A program made the position numbers and the translations under genes. Of a stretch of DNA of 64,000 nucleotides, positions 1-17,572 are shown piece after piece. Within the stretch, counting starts at the first letter, position 1. Each line of letters starts with the position of its first letter. Below the pieces are notes generated by a model. It saw only the letters and a program-made list of their open reading frames with translations, was not told the DNA's origin and did not search any database. This DNA comes from Octopus vulgaris (Eukaryota). The DNA is taken from assembly GCA_951406725.2 (NCBI GenBank), contig CATOCA020000001.1, positions 6,572,001 to 6,636,000 on the forward strand, written 5' to 3'.

Positions 1-67
1 TTACTCTACCACTGGTATTTGAGTACTCTTTTTTTTCCACCTTGTTTCACATTTATGTGTTTACTCC

Positions 68-128
<61 letters not shown>

Positions 129-133
<5 letters not shown>

Positions 134-700
134 TTAGAGATAGTATAAAATCTTTATAAGGATTTATCAAGTAGTTAGCGTGAAAAGCGTCTTAAGAGAA
201 AAATCCACCATCTTTTTCATTTAAATGTATTTTTTTATATTATATAGAGGGCATTACTATACATAAATGCCACACGCTAGGAGGAATTCATAAAGTCAGA
301 ACTACCAAAATATATAAACACATTGTAAAAGTATTATTTATAGCTGAATGTTCTTCTTGACACTAATAAACCTAACAACAGTCATCGTGTTGTGTCTCTA
401 GGTTAGCTATATTCCTCTGCTTACATCTTGAGCTACAAATCTGTGGATCATACCCCAGCTAGGGTGGGGGGCTCTTTATATGAAAAATAAATTGATTCTC
501 TAAAGAAAGGTAGATTTATGAAAACTAGTAAAAGAATCAATGACACAGAATTTGTACAATAAAACCTCCGGTATTGATCTTTGATCTGATCTCATCTACG
601 TTGCTAATATTTCGACAGACACTATCAACAAGTGCTTACTTAATAAATTTTTGTAAATATCTTTATGACTATTTCACAATTATTTAATAAATTTCCATTA
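129..700 (+). repeat. Unclassified ~570-bp interspersed repeat; copies at 7393-7964 (+) and 30758-31130 (-, partial)
   Basis: Direct alignment of the three copies. (TA)n-adjacent, no coding similarity recognised. Confidence 0.8.
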
Positions 701-722
701 TATATATATATATGTATGTATG

Positions 723-1579
<857 letters not shown>

Positions 1580-1672
1580 ATATTTCGGAATGGTCATATT
1601 GCCAGTTTAGCCAATAAATCTTGCACAACAAATATTTAAACGTATATATATATATATATCCTTATATACTAA

Positions 1673-1704
<32 letters not shown>

Positions 1705-1754
1705 CCACCATGCTGAAAATTATATATATATATATGTATGTATGTATATATATA

Positions 1755-1817
<63 letters not shown>

Positions 1818-1856
1818 ATGTGTATGTATATATATATATTTATATACATGCAAGTA

Positions 1857-1937
<81 letters not shown>

Positions 1938-1945
1938 GTATATAC

Positions 1946-1978
<33 letters not shown>

Positions 1979-1984
1979 TATATG

Positions 1985-2056
<72 letters not shown>

Positions 2057-2058
<2 letters not shown>

Positions 2059-2695
2059 ACCACTGATGGTCCTATGGAAAACATTCGTCCTCAGCCGCTT
2101 GGACTACTGCTCCCAACTTTGGTCACCACACAATATAAAACAAACAGCAGAACTCGAAGCAATTCAGAGAAGCTACACAAAGAAAATCGTCTCAATGCAA
2201 AATATCAGCTACTGGGAAAGACTGAAGGTATTAAACCTCTTCTCCCTAGAGCGGAGGCGGGAGAGATATGCAGTGATATACATCTGGAAAATCCTGGAGG
2301 GTCTTGTCCCAAAATTTGGCATTCAAAGTTACTCCAACCGCAGAACGGGCGCCGCTGCGTGGTGCCAAGGATTCCAACATCACCATCAAAATACAGGCCC
2401 AGATACTGCAACAGCTTGGGTTTCAGAGGACCACAGCTCTTTAACATCCTCCCTAAATGCCTGAGAGACTTACATGGTGTGGATGTGGGTTTCTTTAAAA
2501 CTAAACTGGATCTCTTCTTGTTGGGAGTCCCAGATGAACCTACCTCACGACAGGAGACGCGGATGCGGGCAGCAGCATCGAACTCCCTTGTTGATCAAGT
2601 GCCACGTATCAGAGGTGGATTCACAAACTAGTGTAGCTCATTCAGCGGTGGTGCCCCAGCATGGCCGCGGCCTTCGGGCAAAAACATTTTTTTAA

Positions 2696-2696
<1 letters not shown>
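2057..2696 (+). mobile_element. CR1/L2-group LINE 3' fragment (copy 2, 1-bp frameshift)
   Basis: Near-identical to copy 1 with the same 5' breakpoint. Confidence 0.88.
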
Positions 2697-2739
<43 letters not shown>

Positions 2740-2750
2740 TTATATACTAA

Positions 2751-2782
<32 letters not shown>

Positions 2783-3233
2783 CCACCATGCTGAAAATAG
2801 CAGCCATTATCTGACTCTAAAACAACCTTAAGTCAATCTTAAGTCAAAACAGGTAGACAATCTAGTTTATCTAATCCCCCTCTCTATAAAGCTGTTCAAT
2901 GTTCATTCTCACTCACTTTTTGACTCTTTCTCACTCTCTGTCTGACTCGCTCCCAGCAAAGAAGGACATTGTGGAAGACAATTTAAATGCTAGAAATAGC
3001 AGCAAAACAACTCCTTAGAAATATGCTATGATGATTTTAACAATATATATATATATATATTTATTTATATATATATATGTATATATATATGTGTGTGTGT
3101 ATATATATACATGTATATATGTGTGTATATATATATCTATATATTTACTTATATATATATATATGTGTGTGTGCATATATATATATGTATGTATATGTGT
3201 ATGTATATATATATATTTATATACATGCAAGTA

Positions 3234-3279
<46 letters not shown>

Positions 3280-3338
3280 TATATGAATATATATATATAT
3301 ATATATATAAATATATATATATATACATGCAATATATG

Positions 3339-3451
<113 letters not shown>

Positions 3452-3717
3452 TTCATCCTTGTTATTTCGTCAACCCTGAAATGATAAAGTAGTGTTGGCA
3501 TTAATAGAATTCGAACCCAGAATGTAGGCTCCCAGCAAATAGCTATAAATAATACCAACAGGATATGTGGTTATCAAGACATAGCAGTAATTGAGGCTAT
3601 GTGTGTGTGTGCCCGTGCATGCGTGTGGGCGACTGTTTCGATTTTTTGTGTTTGTGTATGTGTATATATATGCGCATGTATGTATGTATATATATATCTA
3701 TCTATCACACTCTCTCC

Positions 3718-3755
<38 letters not shown>

Positions 3756-3758
3756 CTT

Positions 3759-3799
<41 letters not shown>

Positions 3800-4151
3800 C
3801 CCGATGTACTTGTGCTCATAATATATTTATATATACAAATATATACATTCATATATAGAAAGCTGAAAAGTGACACGTGGCTGTGTGGTGAGAAGCTTGC
3901 TTGCCTACCATATTGTTCTGAGTTCAATCTCACTGCGTGGCACCTTTGGCGAGTGTCTTATTCTATAGCCACGGGCTGACCGAAAGAAGCCCATCGGATG
4001 TATATATATGTGTTTGTGCTAGCGTTTAACAACGCACTATCGCTTCACAACCAATGCTGTTGTGTTTAGGTCCCCGTAACTTTGCGGTTCGGCCAAAGCT
4101 CCCGATAGAATAACTACTAGACTTAAAAAGCAAGCAAATACATACATATAT

Positions 4152-4278
4152 AACCAACCACATGGTTCCGGGTTCAGTCCCACTGCGTGGCATCTTGGGC
4201 AAGAGTTTTCTGCTATAGCCCCGGGCCGTCCAATGCCTTGTGAGTGGATTTGGTAGACAGAAACTGAAAGAAGCCTGT

Positions 4279-4319
<41 letters not shown>

Positions 4320-4514
4320 CTGTGTTTGTTCCCCTAGCATTGCTTGACAACCGATGCTGGTGTGATTCCGTCCCCGTCACTTAGCGGTTCGGCAAAAAGA
4401 GACCGATAGAATAAGTACCGGGCTTACAAAAAGAATAAGTCCCGGGGTCGATTTGCTCGATTAAAGGCGGTGCTCCAGCATGGCCACAGTCAACTGACTG
4501 AAACAAGTAAAGAG
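4152..4514 (+). mobile_element. SINE family 1 (5'-truncated), preceded by an older deleted copy at 3877-4130
   Basis: Aligns to 8819-9240. Confidence 0.88.
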
Positions 4515-4842
4515 TATATTTGTGTGCAAGTGTTTAGGTGTGTGCAACCATTTATGAATGTATGTATGCATATATGTAGGGATATATTTATTTACAAATA
4601 TATATTCATGTATGTGTGTGTGCCTGTGTATTACTGTGGCTTACGATTGTATTTCGTTCTGTAGCCATTACTTAATAAATAAAACTTTATTTCTTTAGTC
4701 TGAAAGAAAAGGAAGGGACACAAAACTTTTATAATGTTGTATGATTTTCACAACTTACCACATTTATATATTGTCATTTAAGCCCAATTGCCTTAAATTC
4801 GGGACATACTCTCTCTTTCTCTCTATCTCTCTCTCTCTCTCT

Positions 4843-4884
<42 letters not shown>

Positions 4885-4921
4885 ATATATATATATTTAT
4901 ATATATATGTACGTATGTATG

Positions 4922-4959
<38 letters not shown>

Positions 4960-4991
4960 AATATATATATGTACGTATATATATATATATA

Positions 4992-5033
<42 letters not shown>

Positions 5034-5091
5034 TATATACATATATATGTACATAAATATATATATATTTACATACGTATATACGTAGATA

Positions 5092-5133
<42 letters not shown>

Positions 5134-5459
5134 CTTGGATGTTCATCAGTGTTTTGTTTCTTTCTATTTACATATATAAATATTTTATATATCACTCCCA
5201 AGAAGTCCTATTTTTTTAGTTTTCATCTTTCCTGTCTCTCTCCTTCTCTTCCGCTCTCTCTCACTTTCTTCATTTATACAAATCATATACATACATAGAA
5301 ATATACATAATTGCATGTATACACAATAAGAAACATATATACATGCATCTTACATACACACACAGAAACATATATACATAGATCATACATACATACATAC
5401 ACTCACGCATACATACATACACAAGGCCCGAAAATTTTCGGGGAGGGGACCAGTCGATA

Positions 5460-6131
<672 letters not shown>

Positions 6132-6338
6132 ATACATGTGTATATTAATGTGCATACATACATACATATATATATAAATATGCATACATACATACATACA
6201 TGCATACATGCATACATTCATTCATACATACATACATACATTCATACATACATACATACATACATACATGTAGGGTGAATGTATGTTTGATTAAAGGTAT
6301 ATGTGTGTATATTGTAGCGTGAGTGTTAGCGAGTAGAT

Positions 6339-6397
<59 letters not shown>

Positions 6398-6525
6398 ATT
6401 AGGGCTTAGTAAAATAAATTACTTTGCCACATACTGAACTTGCTAGAAATAGCAGCCCAAAAAAAGTTTTTTTGCCATTTCCACTACTTAAAGAAAATTT
6501 CTCTCAGATAATTTTACCCTCAATT

Positions 6526-7166
<641 letters not shown>

Positions 7167-7329
7167 ATATATATATACATATATATATATGTACACATAT
7201 ATCTATACATCTAGCTATCTATCTATCTATATATATATATAATATATACTTTATAAAGCATATTACTCTACCACTGGTATTTGAGTACTCTTTTTTTTCC
7301 ACCTTGTTTCACATTTATGTGTTTACTCC

Positions 7330-7397
<68 letters not shown>

Positions 7398-7962
7398 TTA
7401 GAGATAGTATAAAATCTTTATAAGTATTTATCAAGTAGTTAGCGTGAAAAGCGTCATAAGAGAAAAATCCACCATTTTTTTCATTTAAATGTATTTTTTT
7501 ATATTATATAGAGGGCATTACTATACATAAATGCCACAGGCTAGGAGGAATTCATAAAGTCAGAACTACCAAAATATATAAACACATTGTAAAAGTATTA
7601 TTTATAGCTGAATGTTCTTCTTGACACTAATAAACCTAAGAACAGTCATTGTGTTGTGTCTCTAGGTTAGCTACATTCCTCTGCTTACATCTTGAGCTAC
7701 AAATCTGTGGATCATACCCCAGCTAGGGTGGGGGGCTCTTTATATGAAAAATAAATTGATTCTCTAAAGAAAGGTAGATTTATGAAAACTAGTAAAAGAA
7801 TCAACGTCACAGAATTTGTACAATAAAACCTCCTGTATTGATCTTTGATCTGATCTCATCTACGTTGCTAATATTTCGACAGACACTATCAACAAGTGCT
7901 TACTTAATAAATTTTTGTAAATATCTTTATGACTATTTCACAATTATTTAATAAATTTCCAT

Positions 7963-8800
<838 letters not shown>

Positions 8801-8818
8801 TATATATATATATATATA

Positions 8819-9240
8819 GGCGCAGGAGTGGCTCTGTGTTAAGTAGCTTGTTAACCAACCACATGGTTCCGGGTTCAGTCCCACTGCGTGGCATCTTGGG
8901 CAAGTGTCTTCTGCTATAGCCCCGGGCCGACCAATGCCTTGTGAGTGGACTTGGTAGACGGAAACTGAAAGAAGCCTGTCGTATAAATGTATATATGTAT
9001 ATATGTATGTGTGTGTATGTGTTTGTGTGTCTGTGTTTGTCTCCCTAAAATTGCTTGACAACCGATGCTGGTGTGTTTATGTCCCCGTAACTTAGCGGTT
9101 CGGCAAAAGAGACCGATTGAATAAGTACTGGGCTTACAAAGAATAAGTCCCGGGGTCGATTTGCTCGACTAAAGGTGGTGCTCCGGCATGGACGGAGTCA
9201 AATGACTGAAACAAGTAAAAGAGTAAAGAGTAAAGAGAGT
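8819..9240 (+). mobile_element. tRNA-derived SINE, family 1 (full-length reference copy)
   Basis: A-box-like TGGCTCTGTGTTAAG, B-box GGTTCAGTCCC, central CTTGGGCAAGTGTCTT, internal (TA/TG)n, tail CATGG..GTCAAATGACTGAAAC and (GTAAAAGA)n. Confidence 0.9.
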
Positions 9241-9975
9241 ATATATATATACATGAGTTGTGTATAATTATATGTGTTATATGTATATAACATGTTCCAG
9301 CTGGGGCGTGTTTGAACAATTCAGACGAAAAGAAGCCATATGTATTGAAATCTAAATTTTTGTCTACTCTCCATGTTTAAAATTTTATGGAAAGCGACAA
9401 GAAAATGCGTGGGTGAGAATGATAGAGAGAGAGAGAGTGGAAGAGAAATAGAATAAGAGATCAAGAGAGGGTGAAATAGATAGAATGAAAGGCAGAGGGA
9501 GAAATAGATACATATATAATTAGACTTAGAGTGAGGGAGAGAATAAAACAGGTAGACAATCTAGTTTATCTAATCCCCCTCTCTATAAAGCTGTTCAATG
9601 TTCATTCTCACTCACTTTTTGACTCTTTCTCACTCTCTGTCTGACTCGCTCCCAGCAAAGAAGGACATTGTGGAAGACAATTTAAATGCTAGAAATAGCA
9701 GCAAAACAACACCTTAGAAATATGCTATGATGATTTTAACATATATATATATAAATAAATATATATAATATATATATATATATATATTTATTTATATATA
9801 TATATGTATATATATATGTGTGTGTGTATATATATACATGTATATATGTGTGTATATATATATCTATATATTTACTATATATATATATATATGTGTGTGT
9901 GCATATATATATATGTATGTATATGTGTATGTATATATATATATTTATATACATGAAGTAGTATAGTGTGTGTTA

Positions 9976-10213
<238 letters not shown>

Positions 10214-10471
10214 TTCATCGTTGTTATTTCGTCAACCCTGAAATGATAAAGTAGTGTTGGCATTAATAGAATTCGAACCCAGAATGTAGGCTCCCAGCAA
10301 ATAGCTATAAATAATACCAACAGGATATGTGGTTATCAAGACATAGCAGTAATTGAGGCTATGTGTGTGTGTGCCCGTGCATGCGTGTGGGCGACTGTTT
10401 CGATTTTTTGTGTTTGTGTATGTGTATATATATGCGCATGTATGTATGTATATATATATCTATCTATCACA

Positions 10472-10563
<92 letters not shown>

Positions 10564-11346
10564 CTCGATGTACTTGTGCTCATAATATATTTATATATAC
10601 AAATATATACATTCATATATAGAAAGCTGAAAAGTGACACGTGGCTGTGTGGTGAGAAGCTTGCTTACCTACCATATTGTTCTGAGTTCAATCTCACTGC
10701 GTGACACCTTTGGCGACTGTCTTATTCTATAGCCACGGGCTGACCGAAAGAAGCCCATCGGATGTATATATATGTGTTTGTGCTAGCGTTTAACAACGCA
10801 CTATCGCTTCACAACCAATGCTGTTGTGTTTAGGTCCCCGTAACTTTGCGGTTCGGCAAAAGCTCCCTATAGAATAACTACTAGACTTAAAAAGCAAGCA
10901 AATACATACATATATACGCACATATACATACATATATATATACATATATAAATAGTAAATAAAGTTACTTCCATTGGCGCCTAGACGCATGGGAACAGTC
11001 TACCTTGGCTTATATATTTCGCATATGGACGGGACAGCAGTCCATCGCAGAGTGAGTCATTCTAGCCAAGGAATGTAAAATGAAGTCCAACTCGTCGCAA
11101 GAGTTCATCAAACTAAAACACCTAAAGCTCTTCGAGGCTCCAGCATGGGCTGGTGGCGAACCCTGCTGTATTATTTCACCACAACTTTCTCTCACGCTGT
11201 CTTCCTGTTTCTGTTGTACCTTTATTTCAAAGGGGGCTGCCGTGTCACACTATGTGTCACGCTGAATCTCACCGAGAACTACGTTAAGGGTACATGTGTC
11301 TGTGGAGTACTCAGCTACTTGCATATTAATTTCACGAAGAGTCTAA

Positions 11347-11930
11347 GGCGGCGTGCTGGCAGAAACGTTAGCCCGCCTGGCGAAATGCTTAGCAGTATTT
11401 CGTCTGCCCCTACGTTCTGAGTTCAAATTCCGCCGAGGTCGACTATACCTTTCATCCATTCAGTGTCGATAAATTAAGTACCAGTTACGCACTGGGGTCG
11501 ATATAATCGATCGACTTAATCCGTTTGTCTGTCCTTGTTTGTCCCCTCTGTGTTTAGCGCCTTTTGGGTAGTAAAGAAATAGGTATTTCGTCTGTCTTTA
11601 CTTTCTGAGTTCAAATTCCGCCGAGGTCGACTTTGCCTTTCATCGTTTTGGGGTCGATTAAATAAGGGCCTGTTACGCACTGGGGTCGATATCATCGACT
11701 TAATACCTATGTCTGTCCTTGTTTGTCCCCTCTGTGTTTAGCCCCCTGTTGGTAGTAAAGAAATAGGTATTTCGTCTGTCTTTACTTTCTGAGTTCAAAT
11801 TCCGTCGAGGTCGACTTTGCCTTTCATCGTTTCGGGCTGCATAAATCAAGTACAAGTTTCGTACTGGTGTAGATCTAATCGATGGCCCACTCCCCTAAAA
11901 TTTCGGACCTTGTGCCTAGAGTAGAAAAGA
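11347..11930 (+). mobile_element. SINE family 2 (Meta/MESC-domain-like) with a triplicated ~185-bp body; paralog 24856-25434
   Basis: Head GGCGGCGTGCTGGCAGAA, B-box GAGTTCAAATTCC, and the domain AGGTCGACTTTGCCTTTCATC..GGGGTCGAT..AAATAAG repeated three times. Confidence 0.8.
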
Positions 11931-12061
11931 ATTTCACAAGTAGTCTTCCGGTGACTGGATCAACTGGAAACCTCTTCGTCTCAACCGACGGAGTGCCATA
12001 GTAGTATATATGTACACGCACACACATATATCTATATATTCGTTTCTTTTCTTTTATTCGT

Positions 12062-12450
12062 TTCTTTTACTTGTTTCAGTCATTTGACTGCGGCCATGCT
12101 GGAGCACCGCCTTTAATCGAGCAACTCGACACCGGGACTTATTCTTTTGTAAGCCCAGTACTTATTCTATCGGTCTCTTTCGCCGAACCGCTAAGTAACG
12201 GGGACATAAACACACCAGCATCGGTTGTCAAGCAATGCTAGGAGGACAAACACAGACACAAACACACACACGCATATATATATACATATATACGACGGGC
12301 TTCTTTCAGTTTCCATCTACCAAATCCACTCACAAGGCTTTGGTCGGCCCGAGGCTATAGTAGAAGACACTTGCCCAAGGTGCCACGCAGTGGGACTGAA
12401 CCCGGAACCATGTGGTTGGTAAACAAGCTACCTACCACACAGCCACTCCG
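12062..12450 (-). mobile_element. SINE family 1
   Basis: Reverse complement of the family sequence. Paralog at 25565-25965. Confidence 0.9.
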
Positions 12451-12889
12451 ATGCCTATATATACAAGACATATAAATATCATTAAAGATAATGTTACTAT
12501 CTAACAAGAATAAATGTTGATGACGAAGCTGTTTTGGTTGAAAGGATCTGAAGAATTAGTAAGGAAGAAGATAGGAGCTTGTTACCATGGTGGAAACTGA
12601 TTTGATGGAAGTAAAACAGAAATACTATAGGGTGCAACCCGTGCAAAGTAAAGGCCAAGAATAGATACAGAGGTATGGAAGTCAAGAGAGAAGTGGGCTC
12701 CAGATGCGGGAGTTGGACGGGGGCACATGTGAAATTAACTTCCCATAATCTCCAAGAGGATGTGTAGAAGTAACTCATAGTTTCTCTTCCTTGGGAGTGG
12801 GGTTTATGAGATTGTTTGCCCACACTCACACTCTCCCTCTCCTTCACTCACACTCGTTCTCTCTGTTCCATTCTCTGTCCGTATCTTTT

Positions 12890-13450
12890 TATGCGCCCTT
12901 TTCAAGCCTAGTCAGTGCTCATGGGCCCGGTTTCCCGGTTTATGTGGCGTATGTGTTCTCCAGGTGGACGGGACGCCAGTCCATCACAGCGTTACCAAAG
13001 AAACAGGAAGAAAGCATGAGAGAAAGTTAGGGCGAAAGAGTAGAACAGGGGGTCGCCACCACCCCCTACCTGAGCCTCGTGGAGCATTAGGTGTTTTCGC
13101 TCAATAAACACACACACAACACACGGTCTGGGGATCGAAACCGCCATCCTCCGACCGCGAGTCCGCTCCCCTAACCACAGAGCCATTGCGCCCTCACAAA
13201 ATAAATTCGCCCTTTTAAAGCCTAGACAGGCTCATGCGCCCGGTTTCCCGGTTTCAATGGCGTATGTGTTCCCCAGCTGGAGGGGTCGCCAGTCCATCGC
13301 AGCGTTACTCATTTTTGCCAGCTGAGTGGACTGGAGCAACGTGAAATGAAGTGTTTTGCTCAAGAACCCAACGCGTCGCCCCGTCCAATAATCGAAACCA
13401 CAATCATGCGATCATGATGCTGACACCCTAACCACTAAGCCACGCGCCTA
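12890..13450 (-). mobile_element. Two tandem tRNA-derived SINEs sharing a 3' tail; paralog 26623-27180
   Basis: Two minus-strand A/B-box heads (ending ~13195 and ~13450). The tail CATGGGCCCGGTTTCCCGGTTT is repeated at ~12920 and ~13233. Confidence 0.75.
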
Positions 13451-14004
13451 CACCCTACGTCCTTATATAAATAGAATAATCATCTACAAGTTGCACCTCG
13501 AGCTACAAATAATTCTGCTTACTACAATTATAAGGTTTTAACTTTTGCTAATTAATTATATCGACGCCAAAGTTAATCTTGAGAGAATTGTATCGACCCT
13601 CAAATGATAAAAGGTGACGGGATTCGAACCCAGAATGTAAATTACCAAGGAATAGTTATAAATATTACTAACAAGTCATTGAGTGTGTCTCTAGTAGTAA
13701 TTGTTAGTATGAAACAGGTGTGCCTGTGTGTGTGCGAATCGAAGAAAAGGTGTTTGTGTGACTTATGCCACAATAAGCGAAGAGTGTTGTTACACTTGAC
13801 TTAACATTAACAACTGAAGTCGCTTTTATAAAAAAAAAAATTATACTTCTATCCCAGTAAACAACTCTATATACACCCACATACGTCTCTCAATTCTCAT
13901 AAGTCAAACAAATCAATCCGGGGACATATCCTTTGTAAGCCGAGTACTTATCCTATCGATCTGTTTTGCCGAACAGCTAAGTTACGCGGACATAAACACA
14001 CCAG

Positions 14005-14038
<34 letters not shown>

Positions 14039-14159
14039 GTGAGTGAGAGAAGGAGAGAAAGAGCGTGTGAGGCTATTTAGGCAAGTGTGTTTACTGTAGC
14101 CTTGGGCCATCAAAATCTTGTGAGTGAATTTGGTGAACGGAAACTGAAAGAAGCCCGTC

Positions 14160-14191
<32 letters not shown>

Positions 14192-14279
14192 AATATTAGG
14201 GAATAAATCCAAAGTTACTGGCAAAAATTATCTTTAGGATTAAATCCAATTTTATAGTATAAATATATTATATTGTATC

Positions 14280-14845
14280 ATATTAAATTAGAGATAAAAC
14301 CACTATTAGACAAATCAAACAGTGAAAAACATAAGCCAATACATAAAATTAATTTAAAAATATAAAAGTTAAACTTTAAAAAATTATTTACATAATTTAT
14401 ACTTATAAATTTTAAATATATATATACAAATATATATATATATATAAATGTGTGTATGTATGTATCTTTTATATTTATATATTATTTTATTTAATAATTT
14501 ATTAATTAATTAATTTATTTAATTATTTATTTATTAATTTATTTTATTATCATATAAATATCAAAAGTATTACAACTTTTAATAATTTTGATACTTATAT
14601 AATAAAAAAAAAAATTAATTAATGAATAAAATAATATATAAATATAAAAATATACATACATACACACACACACATATATATATATATATATGTATTTGTA
14701 TATATATAATTAAAATTTATAAGTTTAAATTATTTAAATAATTTTTTAAATTTTAACTTTTATATTTTTAAATCAATTTTATGTATTGGCTTATGTTTTT
14801 CACTGTTAGATTTGCCTAATAGTGATTTTATCTCTAATTTAATAT
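14280..14845. repeat. AT-rich imperfect palindrome (~280-bp arms); paralog 27999-28573
   Basis: ATTAAATTAGAGATAAAACCACTATTAG...AAGCCAATACATAAAATT is mirrored by AATTTTATGTATTGGCTT...CTAATAGTGATTTTATCTCTAATTTAAT. Confidence 0.85.
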
Positions 14846-15120
14846 AATATATATATATAAATGTTTGCAGCTTGTTAAGAAGGTTCTGAAAACAATTACA
14901 GTACGGACATTTGATAAGAAACATAGAAGCAACTTCGATGAGATTTTCTTTCCTTTTATATCGACCTCCATATTCAACTGGTCCTTATTTAATCGACCCT
15001 AAAAGCATAAAAGTCAAAGTTGACATTGGTGGAATTTGAATGCGGAATGTGAAGCTCCTGGGCAGGGCTCTAAACATTAGTAACAAGGTATTAGCTGGAT
15101 GTGTGTGTGTGTGTAATGGT

Positions 15121-15176
<56 letters not shown>

Positions 15177-15464
15177 GGTTAGGTGTGTGTGTGTATAATG
15201 GTTGGGTGTGTCACTTATTTTGTAATTGTTGAATAGTGTTTATCACCTGCTGACTTTAAACCTGACTTGACAAAATTTGTTTTGCCAAACAAAAGGTCGA
15301 TTGTTAATCTAAGCCATTAAACGACTATCATCATCATCATCATCATCATCATCATTATCAAATCTGTACACACACACACTTGTCAGCATTTGTATATATA
15401 TTCATATAAATATAGATGTATATGCCTGCATATATATGCATTGATGCCTACATAGATACCTGTG

Positions 15465-15539
<75 letters not shown>

Positions 15540-15744
15540 AATAATCATTACAGATAAAAGGGTGAAATATAATTAATTTAATAAAATCAACAAATTTCAC
15601 CTAGTAGCACTTCGGTAAGGAAAAGGACCATATTCGGTAAAAGATTATATAATTATGACAATAAAAATAAGGGTCTTTTCGGTATGTGGTCAATCAACTT
15701 GTGGCAAAGACCCTTATTGTATATATATATATATATATATATAT

Positions 15745-16147
15745 TCTCTTTTACTCTTCTACTTGTTTCAGTCATTTGGCTGCAGCCATGCTGGAGCACC
15801 GCATTTAGTCGAGCAAATCGACCCTGGGACTAATTCTTTGTAAGCCCACTACTTATTCTATCGGTCTCTTTTGCCGAACTGCTAAGTGACGGGGACGTAA
15901 ACACACCAGCATCGGTTGTCAAGCAATTCTAGGGAGACAAACACATACACACACACACACACATATATATCTATACATATATACGACAGGCTTCTCTCAG
16001 TTTCCGTCTACCAAATCCACTCACGAGGCATTGGTAGGCCCGGGGCTATAGCAGAAGACACTTGCCCAAGATGCCACGCAGTGGGACTGAACCTGGAACC
16101 ATGTGGCTGGTTAGAAAGCTACTTACCACACAGCCACTCCTGCGCCT
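15745..16147 (-). mobile_element. SINE family 1
   Basis: Reverse complement of the family sequence. Confidence 0.9.
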
Positions 16148-16244
16148 ATGGCAACTCCTATATGTAAATTTATATAACTAATGATAATGGCCTGCATGGG
16201 GATGAAAACCTCATGGATAATAATTATCAAAATTATAATTTAGC

Positions 16245-16453
16245 TGCTAGATATAGCAGCTAAAACCTGACTCTAAAACCACATTAAATGTTCACACAGC
16301 ACCAGGGGAGAGGAGAAAGAGAGAAAGTAAACTAGCAAACGAGTTTATTATTATCTTTTTTGTTTGTTTATTTTGTCTTTTTGTCTTCCCTCCTGGTGCT
16401 GTAGGGACATTTAATGTGGTTTTAGAGTGAAGTTTTGACTGCTATGTCTAGCA
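16245..16453. mobile_element. MITE-like element with ~70-bp imperfect terminal inverted repeats
   Basis: TGCTAGATATAGCAGCTAAAAC...CAGCACCAGG versus CCTGGTGCTG...GCTATGTCTAGCA. Solo arms at ~2788-2832 and ~22005-22063. Confidence 0.7.
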
Positions 16454-16545
16454 TGATGCTATCTCTTACATACCCTTATTCACAATTTTAATAATTTTAT
16501 GTATATATATGTGTATATATATATGTATGTATATATATATACGTA

Positions 16546-16621
<76 letters not shown>

Positions 16622-16843
16622 TATATATACATATAGGGAGGCATAAACACGTACATACATATATACATACTTACATATACGTGTACATAAACCTTCTACA
16701 CATCCATGCACGTTTATCGCTGTGTCTGCCTTTCCTTTGAATTTTGAAAAATGTTATATATGTAATGCATATATGAGAATGTATGTATATTAATGTACTT
16801 ATATATATATATATATATGTTTATATAAATATATATATATTAT

Positions 16844-17042
16844 AGGCGTAGGAGTGGCTGTGTGGCACCTTGGGCAAGTGTTTCCTACTATAGTCTAGGC
16901 GCGACCAAAACCTTGTGAGTGGATATGGTAGACGGAAACTGAAAGAAGCCCGTCGTATATATGTATATAGTTGCTCGACTAAAGGCTTTGCTCCAGCATG
17001 GCCGCAGTCAAATGACTGAAACAAGTAAAAGAGTAAAAGAGT
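16844..17042 (+). mobile_element. SINE family 1, internally deleted
   Basis: Head and tail present, B-box and third quarter missing. Confidence 0.85.
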
Positions 17043-17157
17043 ATATGCATATATACACACACACATATGTAGATGCATATACTCAACATTTAGACATACT
17101 AAACGACTTATACGTAAGTGTCTAAAAGTGTTTGTGTACGTAGATGCTTATATATAA

Positions 17158-17193
<36 letters not shown>

Positions 17194-17194
17194 T

Positions 17195-17572
17195 TTTTTA
17201 CTTGTTTCAGTCATTTGACTGCGGCCATGCTGGAGCACCGCCTTTAGTCGAGCAAATCGACCCCGGGACATATTCTTTGTAAGCCCAGTACTTATTCTAT
17301 CGGTCTCTTTTGCCGATCCGCTAAGTGACGGGGACGTAAACACACCAGCATCGGTTGTCAAGCAATACTAGGGAGACAAACACAGACACACAAACACACA
17401 CATATACATATATATACGACAGGCTTCTTTCAGTTTCCGTCTACCAAATCCACTCACAAGACATTGGTCAGCCCGGGGCTATAGCAGAAGACACTTGCCC
17501 AAGATGCCACGCAGTGGGACCGAACCCGGAACCATGTGGTTGGTTAGCAAGCTACTTACCACACAGCCACTC
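17195..17572 (-). mobile_element. SINE family 1
   Basis: Reverse complement of the family sequence. Confidence 0.9.

Noticed and set aside
11394-11930. Regularly spaced repeats suggestive of CRISPR or tRNA arrays
   Set aside because: Eukaryotic SINE units with no unique spacers. The tRNA-like heads do not form complete cloverleaves.
12497-12847. 116-aa minus-strand ORF conserved in the duplicate (26219-26557)
   Set aside because: Conservation is explained by recent duplication. No domain is recognised; at most a decayed LINE 3' remnant.
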